A stretch of DNA of 64,000 bases from a virus (IMGVR_UViG_3300028591_000083:96001-160000); one strand, 5' to 3'. Counted from the stretch's first letter, positions 9,404-19,439 are shown. A program made the numbers and translations. The notes: a model not told the origin generated them from the letters alone.

Positions 9404-9868
9404 TTACTCTACATAGTCAAGAAGTTCATCTATCTCTGTAACAACTTCTTTTCTTTTAACGCTTCCAACTGTTGAAAGTTTTTCTGACAACCAATCAAAA
9501 TAATTAGAACATATTAAATCAAGTTCTTCCATAATTTGATATGTTGTTTTCGTTGTTTCTATATTTTCAATATCACAATAACTATCTGTAGTATTTTCAA
9601 CCCACTTAATGTTCTGCACTGTGTCTTGAACCTCACCATAGCTATTCTCATAGATAAATTGTTTATCTGGTAACTTGTTCTTTCCCTTAATAAGCTCAAT
9701 GCTATTTAGAAAAGCATATATTTCAGTTTGCCAATGACTTTTATTGATATTGTCCTTATCAAGTACAAGGTAGAATAAGTGCTGAATAATTTTTGGTGTT
9801 GCAAAACACAATTCCATTTCAATCTTTTTCTTATTCTTAGCGAATTCAAATAATGTTACCATATTCAC
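9404..9868 (-). CDS. Paralogue family A member 1 (DUF29-like)
   Basis: KIIQHLFYL...HWQTEIYAFL...LP...FIY...YG; homologous to 50223, 57290, 57767. Confidence 0.7.
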   Translation of the reverse strand: MNMVTLFEFAKNKKKIEMELCFATPKIIQHLFYLVLDKDNINKSHWQTEIYAFLNSIELIKGKNKLPDKQFIYENSYGEVQDTVQNIKWVENTTDSYCDIENIETTKTTYQIMEELDLICSNYFDWLSEKLSTVGSVKRKEVVTEIDELLDYVE

Positions 9869-9887
9869 ACACTTCCTTCCTTAATAT

Positions 9888-9916
9888 AGTATAACACAAA
9901 CTATGTGAAAAGTCAA
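9888..9916 (-). promoter_or_regulatory. sigmaA-type promoter
   Basis: TTGACT-17-TATACT. Confidence 0.8.
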
Positions 9917-9945
9917 GGCTTTTATAAAAAGTTTATCAATAAACA

Positions 9946-9979
9946 AAAAGAGGTTGCTACATATTTAACAACCTCTTTT
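9946..9979 (-). terminator. Intrinsic terminator
   Basis: aaaagaggttg...caacctctttt hairpin. Confidence 0.7.
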
Positions 9980-10007
9980 GCTTTATATATGATTGTTTTG
10001 TGAACAA

Positions 10008-10295
10008 TCACGAAGGAGTTACATTGTCATCTTCATAATCCTCTGCCGGAGGAAGATTGTTTGCTTCTTCCTCAATAGTAGGACACATATAAATCTTCAT
10101 ACCAATAGTAGTAAGAGGATTAACAATATCAGAACTAATACCAATATAGTTTACTTGTCCACCAATATTATTGCGAACATATTGTTCTAGTTCTTCCTGT
10201 GTTCCATACATAATCATGTTGGTTTCAAAACCATTTACAACTGGTTTTACAATCCAAAATCTACGCTCACTCATTTTCAAAATCCTCCAATTCAA
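10008..10295 (-). CDS. Hypothetical protein
   Basis: ORF coupled to clpP; start probably MSERRF. Confidence 0.6.
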   Translation of the reverse strand: MNWRILKMSERRFWIVKPVVNGFETNMIMYGTQEELEQYVRNNIGGQVNYIGISSDIVNPLTTIGMKIYMCPTIEEEANNLPPAEDYEDDNVTPS

Positions 10296-10917
10296 TTTCC
10301 TGATTTACAAGTTGTGCTAGTTGCTCACGGAAACAATCTCTTGTATCCGTGTTATTTATGATCTTATCGCAAACTCCATGCTTTAGGCATTGTTTTGCGG
10401 TAAGGTACATATCCTGTTTCAAATCAACCATTTTATGAAAGAACTTCTTTTTCAACTTTGTGTGTGACTTGATATATTTGATGATTCCTTTGTGCATTGC
10501 GTCAAACTGTTTTTGTTCTAGTTTAAGATCTTCAAACTTTCCAAATGTTCCTGCAAGCATTTGATGGAACATGATTGAAGAATGTGGATACATAACTCTA
10601 TGATGTCCGGCAAGGAAGATAAGTGCCGCTGCCGACATACAGTATCCAGAACAATAGGTGATAACAGGAGTTATACTAGATTCAATAATATCAATTAAAG
10701 CCCACATATCATCAATAGTTCCGCCGTAAGACTGAACATGAAGTTGAATCGGAACAAGATCATAGCTCTTAAATTTCTCCATTCCTTTTCTATCCGTATC
10801 ATTGATTGATAAAATGGATGAACAAACTTCTGAGATATTTGTGTTTTCAACATCTCCGGATAAGTATAGGATTCTTGTATCGTTCATTTGTGGAATTAGA
10901 ATAGTATCTTGTTGCAT
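10267..10917 (-). CDS. clpP: ClpP-family protease
   Basis: SYGG oxyanion loop, GYCMSAA catalytic Ser, MFHQ His, QDMYLTA Asp region. Confidence 0.9.
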   Translation of the reverse strand: MQQDTILIPQMNDTRILYLSGDVENTNISEVCSSILSINDTDRKGMEKFKSYDLVPIQLHVQSYGGTIDDMWALIDIIESSITPVITYCSGYCMSAAALIFLAGHHRVMYPHSSIMFHQMLAGTFGKFEDLKLEQKQFDAMHKGIIKYIKSHTKLKKKFFHKMVDLKQDMYLTAKQCLKHGVCDKIINNTDTRDCFREQLAQLVNQEIELEDFENE

Positions 10918-10940
10918 AAACAACACCTCCAAGTTATTTA

Positions 10941-10969
10941 ATTATAACACAACTTCGGTAAAAAGTCAA
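10941..10969 (-). promoter_or_regulatory. sigmaA-type promoter for clpP
   Basis: TTGACT-17-TATAAT. Confidence 0.8.
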
Positions 10970-10970
10970 G

Positions 10971-11258
10971 TTAAATTTTTTCAATTCCAGAAGAAAATGT
11001 AATAGATGTAATTGTACTGCGAATATCGTCTTTTTCAAATTCTTCTGTTTTGAGTTTTCCTGTTGAAAATGTTGTGCTTCCAACAGATGAGACAGGACTT
11101 CCGCCGAGTGAAGATGGAACTTTGATATTTGTTTTATTACCATAATAGATATCAGTTTCAACATTTCCAGAACCAATACTATGATATGTAAAAGGAGCTT
11201 CATTCGATACTAGGATGCTACTGTAAAATCTTCTAAGTCTTTTCATTCTTTCGTTCAT
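10971..11258 (-). CDS. Hypothetical protein coupled to fibre gene
   Basis: ATGA overlap with 11255..13591. Confidence 0.55.
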   Translation of the reverse strand: MNERMKRLRRFYSSILVSNEAPFTYHSIGSGNVETDIYYGNKTNIKVPSSLGGSPVSSVGSTTFSTGKLKTEEFEKDDIRSTITSITFSSGIEKI

Positions 11259-13591
11259 GGATTACTCACTTCCTCATATCCAGATACAATAGCGCAAATA
11301 TTGAATCCGTCATTAAATAGCATAACATGAAGAATTGTAAATGTTGAAATATCAATATCTTTATTTAGAAGATATATTCTTGTAGAATCATTTGCCGTAA
11401 AGTTTGTCATGATATCTTCTGCTGTTGAAATGCTAGTTCCTTTTTTAAGAATAATCACTGAATTATAATCAGAAGAAACTGCTTTTGTTTCTACGCCGAA
11501 ACCTCTATTGAAGTACATATTAGCAATGTCTGTAACGGTTACTGATCCAATAGTATACGTAGAACTAAGTATTATTTCTTGTCCGTTCTTTGGCAATTTT
11601 GCGAATGTATAACTAGCATCATCGGCTGCAACGGTTGTATCGGTTGTTCTAATACTATCAATACTATTACCATTATTTGTGATTACATTTCCGCCATCAG
11701 ATGGTAAATGAAGTTTTCCGTCATAAGTAAGAATAGCAGAAGTTGATCTTGTGATAACATTTCCTACTTCATTACCATTACCAACAATAAATGTTGCTTT
11801 ACCATAAACATTATCATATTCAGGTACATCGGATGTTGTAGGTGTAGCACTGTTATTATACTGACCTATAACAGTTTGTGCATTATCTGTATTATTGCTA
11901 TTTTCGAGTCCTCGCCCGAAAACAGATGCACAGAGATGTCCATTTGTTACATTATTATCTTCACCACTAATAATGGAGCATTGAGAAGTACCGCCATAGT
12001 TATTATTACCAAATATAGCAGTATATGATATACCCGCTGCTTGGTTGTATTCACCAACAACAATAGATTTTTGTAATGACAGATTAGTATGTCCGTTTGC
12101 ATAACCAACAATCAAAGAACTTTGAGAATGGTTTGTTTCGTTTGAATCACCAACAACAAAACAATTTTCCAAAGATCTTATTGTGTTTGCATATCCAATA
12201 ACACCTGAATTTGTACTTCCTTGTCCGGTATCTGTTGAAAATGCCGCTTTATTATTCTGTCCCATCATAAATACGCCACTTATACCATTATTAACGGTAT
12301 TTTGTGTTCCGGCTATTAAAGAATTAGCTATGCTCGCTTTATATGTATTGCTAGCTCCAAATATTGCTGAATTTGCAACATATGTTTCGGAATCCGTTGC
12401 GGTTGTTGCTCTATTATCATCACCAACAATAATACTAAATAAAACAGCAGAATATCCACAGTTCTCACCATGAATAATAGAATTTTCAGAACCTATAGAT
12501 GACGTTGTTACCTTATTAGAGGCACCTTCTATGCACATATAAGGAAATGTGTTTCCATTAACATTATTATAATCACCGTGAATTCTGGAATATGTCATAC
12601 CACTACAACCTATAGAATTATTATTACCAATGATTGTATTATATTCAAGTGTTCCACCACTTACAGTATTACTTAATCCGGATATTGTATTACATCTTAA
12701 TTTTTCTGCTGATGTCGTATTTGATTCACCGATAGCAATATTGTATCCACAATAACTGGATGAGCCTTGCTGTGACGGATCTATATTAACACCACTTATG
12801 CTATTATTATAACCAAATGATAAGCCATAAGCACCTGACAATTTATTTGATTTACCAAATGCTACTGAGTTAAATCCAGTAGGTGCATTTGTTGCGGTTG
12901 ATTCATCATATTCATTAAATATAATAGCTCCTTCCTGTGCTGTTATCTGACTAGTTCCAACTGTGAATGTTTTTCCTGCTACATTAGCACCAACACCAGT
13001 TACGATACCAGTTTGTTCATCTTGTAAAATAGTAAACTGATCTGGAATGAAAGAAGATGTAACTGCCGGAACAAGATTTGTTCCGTCAAAAGCGTAAATA
13101 CCTTTTTCTCCGTCTGCAATAACAACATATACAAATCCTTTAACACAATTAGATACATCAGGTTTTCCACCGTAACAAACAATGGTATTGTTGGTAATAC
13201 CACACTCTAAAAATCTTCCTGTATCACTTGCATCCCGTTTATTATAAGAAAGAAGTGTATATGTTTCTTTTCTCAAAATATCTCCTGTGACATCATCAGT
13301 AATAGCATCATCGTGTCTTAGATACATTTTACCGTTGATTCTATATTGCTGATCGTACAATACATCTCCGGTATCAGGATCTTGTGTATATGTAACACCT
13401 GTAATATCATACAATTCACACACCAATGCTGTTCCGGCATACATTGTAACAATATTTGGATTTATGTTTGTTGATTCTTGAACAAAATAAAGACTATTAG
13501 AATCTCCTGCCGGAGAACCTGCTGCTTCATATTGTTCTCGTGTCATGTAATATATCTTACCATTTGAAGGGGTAAAATCTGTCAAAGCCAT
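11255..13591 (-). CDS. Putative tail fibre/adhesin with beta-roll repeats
   Basis: Many ~14-16 aa S/N/G-rich repeats (I.G..N), AQTVIGQYN and FIVGNG motifs typical of trimeric fibres. Confidence 0.7.
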   Translation of the reverse strand: MALTDFTPSNGKIYYMTREQYEAAGSPAGDSNSLYFVQESTNINPNIVTMYAGTALVCELYDITGVTYTQDPDTGDVLYDQQYRINGKMYLRHDDAITDDVTGDILRKETYTLLSYNKRDASDTGRFLECGITNNTIVCYGGKPDVSNCVKGFVYVVIADGEKGIYAFDGTNLVPAVTSSFIPDQFTILQDEQTGIVTGVGANVAGKTFTVGTSQITAQEGAIIFNEYDESTATNAPTGFNSVAFGKSNKLSGAYGLSFGYNNSISGVNIDPSQQGSSSYCGYNIAIGESNTTSAEKLRCNTISGLSNTVSGGTLEYNTIIGNNNSIGCSGMTYSRIHGDYNNVNGNTFPYMCIEGASNKVTTSSIGSENSIIHGENCGYSAVLFSIIVGDDNRATTATDSETYVANSAIFGASNTYKASIANSLIAGTQNTVNNGISGVFMMGQNNKAAFSTDTGQGSTNSGVIGYANTIRSLENCFVVGDSNETNHSQSSLIVGYANGHTNLSLQKSIVVGEYNQAAGISYTAIFGNNNYGGTSQCSIISGEDNNVTNGHLCASVFGRGLENSNNTDNAQTVIGQYNNSATPTTSDVPEYDNVYGKATFIVGNGNEVGNVITRSTSAILTYDGKLHLPSDGGNVITNNGNSIDSIRTTDTTVAADDASYTFAKLPKNGQEIILSSTYTIGSVTVTDIANMYFNRGFGVETKAVSSDYNSVIILKKGTSISTAEDIMTNFTANDSTRIYLLNKDIDISTFTILHVMLFNDGFNICAIVSGYEEVSNP

Positions 13592-13616
13592 AAATATCAC
13601 CTCTCTATAAAATAAA

Positions 13617-13658
13617 AAGAGTAAACTCCTACATCTACTAATGTAGAAATTTACTCTG
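13617..13658. terminator. Intergenic hairpin
   Basis: agagtaaa...ctacat/atgtag...tttactct. Confidence 0.5.
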
Positions 13659-13694
13659 TTTATTTCATAGATAAAATTGTTATATCTTTACAGT

Positions 13695-14324
13695 TTAGTG
13701 AAACCAGATGTTTACCCGTTTATAGCCGACAATCTTGTCTTCCTTCATCCATTTTAGAAGTTTTGTTTCTGGTACGTAAAATGTATCTCCAAGATTTGAT
13801 TTCATATTGTATGTTACCTGATCAAAATCTCCTGTTACTTGAGCTGTGACATGAGTAATTGTAATCCAATAATCTACGAGAAGAAGCATAGCGTTTGATG
13901 AAAGTTCTTCAGCCAATACTTTATTGCACTTGAAAGAATCTCCAACATGAAATTTTGGTTTTGTTGATGTTGCTTTCTTTACATCTACTTTCTTCGTTTC
14001 TGGTTTTTCTTCTACTTTAGCTGGAATTGGAATTGTTTTTGAATATTTATGTTTGATACATTCACTATCATTAACTATTCCAGCAATATCTATCTTTGGC
14101 AGAAATTCAACAAATTTACCATAAGAATATGGATCATCTTTCGCAAGTCTATTTACATATTTCGCAGCAACATAAGACATAACACCAAAATTCATTCCAT
14201 CTACAAGCTCTGAAAGTTTATCTTTATCATTCAGACATTCTTTCAAAAACTCATTTACTTCTTTTGCTGTGACATCAAAAGTTACTTCTTTTTTAATTTG
14301 CATAATCAATTCAATTCCTTTCAT
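13695..14324 (-). CDS. Hypothetical protein
   Basis: ORF; PKFHVGD SH3-like C-terminal start. Confidence 0.65.
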   Translation of the reverse strand: MKGIELIMQIKKEVTFDVTAKEVNEFLKECLNDKDKLSELVDGMNFGVMSYVAAKYVNRLAKDDPYSYGKFVEFLPKIDIAGIVNDSECIKHKYSKTIPIPAKVEEKPETKKVDVKKATSTKPKFHVGDSFKCNKVLAEELSSNAMLLLVDYWITITHVTAQVTGDFDQVTYNMKSNLGDTFYVPETKLLKWMKEDKIVGYKRVNIWFH

Positions 14325-14554
14325 CTTTCATCTGCAAAAATATGAAGTCTATCTTTCATAACTCCATATCTTGTTGTCATTCCTGTTTCTGTAAATTCGA
14401 TTTCTTTCAGCGGACATTTCATAACGGATAATTCTTCGCTATCATTAATCATTCCTTCAAAAGCCCCATATCCGTCAGAATTAAAAACAATTACAACTTC
14501 AAGATCATCGTCAAACTCTGAAAGTTTATCTCTTAGCTGTTTTACGGTCATCAT
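14321..14554 (-). CDS. Hypothetical protein (MTVKQL...L..F.DD.EV family)
   Basis: Common phage N-terminal motif. Confidence 0.65.
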   Translation of the reverse strand: MMTVKQLRDKLSEFDDDLEVVIVFNSDGYGAFEGMINDSEELSVMKCPLKEIEFTETGMTTRYGVMKDRLHIFADER

Positions 14555-14563
14555 CGTACCACC

Positions 14564-15079
14564 TCAAAGAATTCTAAAAACTGCACCAGAACAATCTACA
14601 AGTCTCTCATATCTAAGTTCTCTGGATTTTTCTGAACGCTTAAAAACAATTTGTTCTTTATTAGTGTCTTCATTCTTCAAAAATCCAACAAAGCACCAGA
14701 TTTTGTTACAGTGATTTGAAGAAAATGCAAAATAATCATTCGGCTTCAAATCTTTAATTCCAATAATTTCAACCTTATAAGGCACTTCCATATTTCTATA
14801 TTTCGCCCAAGCAATAGCAATTCCTTCATGCAAATTAAACTCATCATTACCAGAACATCTTGCAATCGCAACTTTTCCTGTTTTGATATTCATAATAATA
14901 ACTCTTTTTGTATCCGGAGTATGGGCTTCAAAAGAAGTCATAAGGAAAACATTTGAGAACCTACCGTCTGTGATATATCCTTTTGAGCCGTTAAACCTAC
15001 GATGATCGAAACTGAGGTACATATCCTCAACCCAACGATTATAATCTTTTTCATTCATAAATCTCATAGTTTTATTCAT
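14564..15079 (-). CDS. Hypothetical protein
   Basis: ARC...D.F....GIAIA motif. Confidence 0.65.
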   Translation of the reverse strand: MNKTMRFMNEKDYNRWVEDMYLSFDHRRFNGSKGYITDGRFSNVFLMTSFEAHTPDTKRVIIMNIKTGKVAIARCSGNDEFNLHEGIAIAWAKYRNMEVPYKVEIIGIKDLKPNDYFAFSSNHCNKIWCFVGFLKNEDTNKEQIVFKRSEKSRELRYERLVDCSGAVFRIL

Positions 15080-15317
15080 CCTCCTTCATGAATTTTGTGA
15101 TAACTGCATCTAGCTTATTCAAATATTCGTTTCTTTCTTTTAGAAGATCCTCTATCAGTTCTTTTACCTGATCTAATCGGCACTTAACTACTTCAGGTCG
15201 TACATTGTAAATAACTGTTGTTGTAAAATCATTATCACCTAATATAATGCCACGAGTATTATTTGACAGCCAATCTAATTCACTTAAAAGCCAATCACGT
15301 TTTTCATAATCGAACAT
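15072..15317 (-). CDS. Hypothetical protein
   Basis: GGAGG RBS. Confidence 0.6.
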   Translation of the reverse strand: MFDYEKRDWLLSELDWLSNNTRGIILGDNDFTTTVIYNVRPEVVKCRLDQVKELIEDLLKERNEYLNKLDAVITKFMKEDE

Positions 15318-15332
15318 TCTTTGTTTCCTCCC

Positions 15333-15620
15333 TTATTTAATATGTAGGTTATGTTTCCATGTAAATTTTCCAATATCGTTTTCTTCCGGTAAGTATTTAT
15401 CTTTTGGTAGTTCTGGTTTTTTATTCTCGGCAGCACACATTGATAAATAATCATTTACTGCGTTTTCAAAATCAGAAAACATTGTGCTTTTATCATGAAC
15501 ATCAAATAAAATAGTATCACTTAGAAGATATATGACTTTCCCATAAAAGCAATTATCATCCTCCGAATAACAAATAACCGCCTCGTATCCCCTATATGAA
15601 AGAAGTGCTGTAATTTTCAC
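15333..15620 (-). CDS. hicB: Orphan HicB-family antitoxin domain
   Basis: LSYRGY.A.I.YS.DD..FYGKV....D.I.F......FENAVNDYL..C...K.PE; no RHH tail, no adjacent hicA. Confidence 0.8.
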   Translation of the reverse strand: MKITALLSYRGYEAVICYSEDDNCFYGKVIYLLSDTILFDVHDKSTMFSDFENAVNDYLSMCAAENKKPELPKDKYLPEENDIGKFTWKHNLHIK

Positions 15621-16183
15621 AATATCGCATCCCTTACATAATATTTATTGAAATCATCGTCCTTAAACATATCAGAAACAACAGATGTTTCTCTGAGATA
15701 TCTGGATGTATTTGTTACAACTCTGAGTTCCACACAAATATTACTCAGGATTTTTGAATAGTCTTCGTAAGTTGCGTACATTGGTCTTTTCGGCAAAATC
15801 CAATAAGGACTATCTGGATTTGAAATAACAAGTTCGTAGTCCTTATTATTATTGAATCTAAAGTGGATTGTGTATTCTCGGTCATCATATCCATGACCTA
15901 CAACTTCGTGTACTTTTACTTTATCAATGATTCCGAAATATCCCTCAATGTGAACTTCCAGTCGCCGCTTGCACTGATCCTGCTTATTCTTATCAGAAGT
16001 AGACATATAATCTTTAGCTGCATTGATGATACCATCAAAAGAATTACGAATCAGATCAATAGCTATTTCAAGTTCTTCCTTTGCTGCAAGATTCAATCTC
16101 AATAGAACAGAATCATATTCTTCTTTTAGCTTCAAACGCTCTTTCTTAATGAGAACATAAGGGCAGTATTCATTCATTTTCAT
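15617..16183 (-). CDS. Hypothetical protein
   Basis: Coupled ORF. Confidence 0.65.
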   Translation of the reverse strand: MKMNEYCPYVLIKKERLKLKEEYDSVLLRLNLAAKEELEIAIDLIRNSFDGIINAAKDYMSTSDKNKQDQCKRRLEVHIEGYFGIIDKVKVHEVVGHGYDDREYTIHFRFNNNKDYELVISNPDSPYWILPKRPMYATYEDYSKILSNICVELRVVTNTSRYLRETSVVSDMFKDDDFNKYYVRDAIL

Positions 16184-16475
16184 TATCCTCCGTTTCTGCC
16201 ATCAACCAGACATTGCATCTGAGTGTATCAATATGCTTTTTCGCGCTATTCATAGTATATAGGTTTTTATTATATTCAGTTAAAATGTGGTAAAGTTCCT
16301 CCAAAATCGTATCTTCTTCTTTTTCAGAATCCATTAAAGACATTATAGCGTTATCTGTAGATTCTACAGCAGCAACACATTCCTTAATAATATTAATCAT
16401 ATATTGTTTTCTTGTTTTAAGAAAATCTCTAAGCTCTTCTTTAGTGTATTCAGTAACGGATGTATATTCATTCAT
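16170..16475 (-). CDS. Hypothetical protein
   Basis: Coupled ORF. Confidence 0.6.
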   Translation of the reverse strand: MNEYTSVTEYTKEELRDFLKTRKQYMINIIKECVAAVESTDNAIMSLMDSEKEEDTILEELYHILTEYNKNLYTMNSAKKHIDTLRCNVWLMAETEDNENE

Positions 16476-16723
16476 TTTCCAGTACCTCCAACTCGCTTAC
16501 TGATTCTCTCAATTTCCTCTTTGCTTCTGCCGTAGAATGGATTTTCTTCTCTCCGTGCTGCAACAGCAATTCTGGTTTTTTCATTTCTTACGATATCACG
16601 CATATCAAGATTTTCAATAAGTTTTGCGAGTTCCTTTGCTTGATCATGCATATCAGATTTATCCTTAATGTCGTGAAAAATGGATTCCAGAAGATCAATT
16701 TCACCTTTTCTGATGTTTGCCAT
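16472..16723 (-). CDS. Hypothetical protein
   Basis: AGGAGG RBS, first gene after promoter. Confidence 0.65.
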   Translation of the reverse strand: MANIRKGEIDLLESIFHDIKDKSDMHDQAKELAKLIENLDMRDIVRNEKTRIAVAARREENPFYGRSKEEIERISKRVGGTGK

Positions 16724-16759
16724 TGTCTATGCCTCCTGACTTGTGTATTTACATAATAT

Positions 16760-16788
16760 AGTATAACATATATTTTACGTTTTGTCAA
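16760..16788 (-). promoter_or_regulatory. sigmaA-type promoter
   Basis: TTGACA-17-TATACT. Confidence 0.85.
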
Positions 16789-16829
16789 GTCTTTTCTAAA
16801 ATGTTTTTTATTTAAGTATGTGCGGTTTT

Positions 16830-17975
16830 TTACGCCGCACACACCTTGCATCTAGTAAGAATTGTTTGCTTTTCAAGTTTGTATTCCTTATGATCTTTAA
16901 CAGTACCTTTAAGCGTTACATTGCTTCCACTTTCAAGGCTAATTGCCGTGCTTGTTTTCCAAATGTAAATATTTCCAGATTCATCAACAAACTTGTAAAT
17001 TCTCACGTAACCAAACTCTGTGTCATAACCGCCAGCAAGATTCATTTCAGCGTTTACTGTGATCTTTTCACCAACAGTACCAACATAATTGGAATTCTTT
17101 GCAGCTTCTTCCATTTTAGCTCTCTCAGCAAGTCTCTCAATAATCTTTTTATACAGTGTATATGCATAAGCAACAAAACCATTTTCTCTTACAATAGGCA
17201 TTCTGCCGGTAACATAAAGTCTGATATTATGCTCAAAGTTATCTGTTGTTTCATAAGTTTCAAAGAACTCAGCAACTTCCTTTGCTTTGTCAATGTACTT
17301 CTGCTCGATTGTAGTGTTCCTCTTTGCCTCGAAAATTGCTTCTTCTTTCATCGTCTTGAAGTAACCTTTAGCTTCTGTCATCTTAATGCATCTTGCCAGA
17401 TAATCAATAGTGTCAAAACATCTGTTGTAAATGTGCATTTCTGTGTCGTGGATTTCCTCTGTGATATCATTGAGGATTTCATTGATGCTGTAAAGATATC
17501 CTGCAAAAGAGTCTGTTCTAACTCCGATAAAGTCTTTCAGACAAGTTTTGCCGACCATAATTTCATTTCCTGTTTCGTTGTCAATGATAACAACTGCTTT
17601 TGCTCTGTTGTGATTTCTACGGCAGTGATCGCATCTGAGGGCTTCTGTTGTATATTGTGCATAATCAAAGTTATCATCAATCGCGTAAACAAGATTTCCA
17701 TTTTCCAGTGTTCTTTCCAGAACAGCACCAAGTCTGTAGTTGCCAATCTTGTACTCATCAAAGTCAAGATCAAATTCAACACACTCAACCATCATGCTAT
17801 CAATTTTATGCTTTGCCTGAGTGATAGGATCAATCGTGTAGATCGGCACTTCCTTTACAAACTCATTCAGCTTAGTGAAGGTATGTGCAATGTGAAGAAC
17901 GTCCATCTTCTTGAACAGTCTGTTCAGTTTCTTTTCCAGTTCCTCGAACTTGACTTTTGTTGTCTCGTACTTCAT
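16830..17975 (-). CDS. Conserved phage protein with Zn-binding motif and C-terminal OB-fold
   Basis: CDHC...R...VGKTCL.DF.G; C-terminal YVG.VGEK...WKTS...GTVKDH..Y...QT.LTR. Confidence 0.7.
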   Translation of the reverse strand: MKYETTKVKFEELEKKLNRLFKKMDVLHIAHTFTKLNEFVKEVPIYTIDPITQAKHKIDSMMVECVEFDLDFDEYKIGNYRLGAVLERTLENGNLVYAIDDNFDYAQYTTEALRCDHCRRNHNRAKAVVIIDNETGNEIMVGKTCLKDFIGVRTDSFAGYLYSINEILNDITEEIHDTEMHIYNRCFDTIDYLARCIKMTEAKGYFKTMKEEAIFEAKRNTTIEQKYIDKAKEVAEFFETYETTDNFEHNIRLYVTGRMPIVRENGFVAYAYTLYKKIIERLAERAKMEEAAKNSNYVGTVGEKITVNAEMNLAGGYDTEFGYVRIYKFVDESGNIYIWKTSTAISLESGSNVTLKGTVKDHKEYKLEKQTILTRCKVCAA

Positions 17976-18020
17976 ATTAACAACCTCCTTGACTTTGGTT
18001 ATCCTTTACCTTACAAATAT

Positions 18021-18049
18021 AGTATAACATATTTATAGTAAAAAGTCAA
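18021..18049 (-). promoter_or_regulatory. sigmaA-type promoter
   Basis: TTGACT-17-TATACT. Confidence 0.85.
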
Positions 18050-18070
18050 GTCTTTTCGAGAAAATAAAAG

Positions 18071-18102
18071 AAAAAACTCCCACAAATATTTGCAGGAGTT
18101 TT
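18071..18102 (-). terminator. Intrinsic terminator
   Basis: aaaaactcc...ggagttttt hairpin. Confidence 0.7.
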
Positions 18103-18247
18103 TGTGTATATTGTATACATTCAAATGTTTTTTAATTTTGTACGAACTTCGTTAAAATAATCCATCTTAAATGTTGAGATGTTTTCCTGAACCTTGTCAA
18201 GACCGCCAATTATTACCTGTCGTGCATACCGCATAAGATTTCATCCC

Positions 18248-18661
18248 TTATTTACATATACTTATAAATTCAGACAGAGTTCTGCTTTTATATATTTTGT
18301 CGGTATAGTTTGACCGAAGAACAAAGTCCCCATTGAAGTAATCCTCAATATCTCCAACGACACTATCCCACTCGTCTTCGTCAGAATATAAATATTCAAT
18401 ATTATCAATATTATTCTTTATGAATTCAGCAGCTTGTAAACTTGTAAATGCATCAACATCATACAGTTTATTAAATATACTAATAGTATACCTGTCAGCA
18501 TGATTCATATATTCTCTATCTTCATCTTCAAGCATATCTGAGTCAGAATCGCTTTGAATATCTGGAACTACTATATCTTTATTTCTATGTATAATGTAAT
18601 TCAAACCACATATAATATCTTCCTTGTATTGATTAAAGTCTAACACATGAATCACCTCCAA
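18248..18661 (-). CDS. Acidic hypothetical protein
   Basis: ORF after promoter. Confidence 0.6.
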   Translation of the reverse strand: MEVIHVLDFNQYKEDIICGLNYIIHRNKDIVVPDIQSDSDSDMLEDEDREYMNHADRYTISIFNKLYDVDAFTSLQAAEFIKNNIDNIEYLYSDEDEWDSVVGDIEDYFNGDFVLRSNYTDKIYKSRTLSEFISICK

Positions 18662-18669
18662 CTATACAT

Positions 18670-18698
18670 AGTATAACACATATTCTCTAAATTGTCAA
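18670..18698 (-). promoter_or_regulatory. sigmaA-type promoter
   Basis: TTGACA-17-TATACT. Confidence 0.8.
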
Positions 18699-18710
18699 TA
18701 TGTATATTAA

Positions 18711-18744
18711 ACAAAAACCGCCAGTAATATTTTGGCGGTTTTGT
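18711..18744 (-). terminator. Intrinsic terminator
   Basis: aaaaccgcca...tggcggtttt hairpin. Confidence 0.75.
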
Positions 18745-18764
18745 ATATGTATACTGTATGCGTT

Positions 18765-19343
18765 TTACCAACGATCTGGATTGTTTTTATAGTAAAGGTC
18801 TTCATCAAACTCATTGATAATTTCTTCGGCTTTCTCACCGTACTCGTATTCATAATTGGTGTCAATAGCATCCTGTCTGATTTCTTCAAGTTCATCAAAG
18901 TATTCTCTATTATTCTCAATAAAGTCAGCTACCTCAAAAAAGCGGATATCATCAATATCATACTGATATTTAGGATCATCCTCATCTCTATTGGCATAAT
19001 CAAGTGCAAGCTGTTTAAGTTCATCTGTTGTCATACCAAGAGCATCTGCAATGTCATCCTCATCATTCCAGAAATCCGTCCAATCCTCATAACGCTGTTT
19101 GTCAGTGAACAGAACATAATGGTCATCATCTAGCCAAGAGTTTCCGCCAACATTGGTAAAATCTTCAAGAGTTCCATTCATGTTATCATCAACATAAAGA
19201 TAAACGTCAGTCTGATAAGAATTCTGATCTTTGTCAAACTGTTTTAATTTCTGGATAATCTCATCTCTTAGCTGTTCAGCGTTATTTAAATCATAAAAAC
19301 TTTTAAGACGATTTTCATTCTCATAGATAAGTTTCATAATCAA
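18765..19343 (-). CDS. Highly acidic hypothetical protein
   Basis: D/E-rich 192 aa, MKLIYE N-terminus. Confidence 0.7.
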   Translation of the reverse strand: MIMKLIYENENRLKSFYDLNNAEQLRDEIIQKLKQFDKDQNSYQTDVYLYVDDNMNGTLEDFTNVGGNSWLDDDHYVLFTDKQRYEDWTDFWNDEDDIADALGMTTDELKQLALDYANRDEDDPKYQYDIDDIRFFEVADFIENNREYFDELEEIRQDAIDTNYEYEYGEKAEEIINEFDEDLYYKNNPDRW

Positions 19344-19439
19344 TCATTTCCTTTCATATAATCGCTGTAACCCTGTATTTGGTTACATGGATATTGTATA
19401 TGATATGTTTCTTTTTGATTTCCGGAATAAATAAATATT

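Noticed and set aside
16818-18038. 406-aa plus-strand ORF
   Set aside because: Antisense shadow of 16830..17975 with F/C/I-rich composition and no evident RBS or promoter. The other plus-strand ORFs in the track were rejected the same way.
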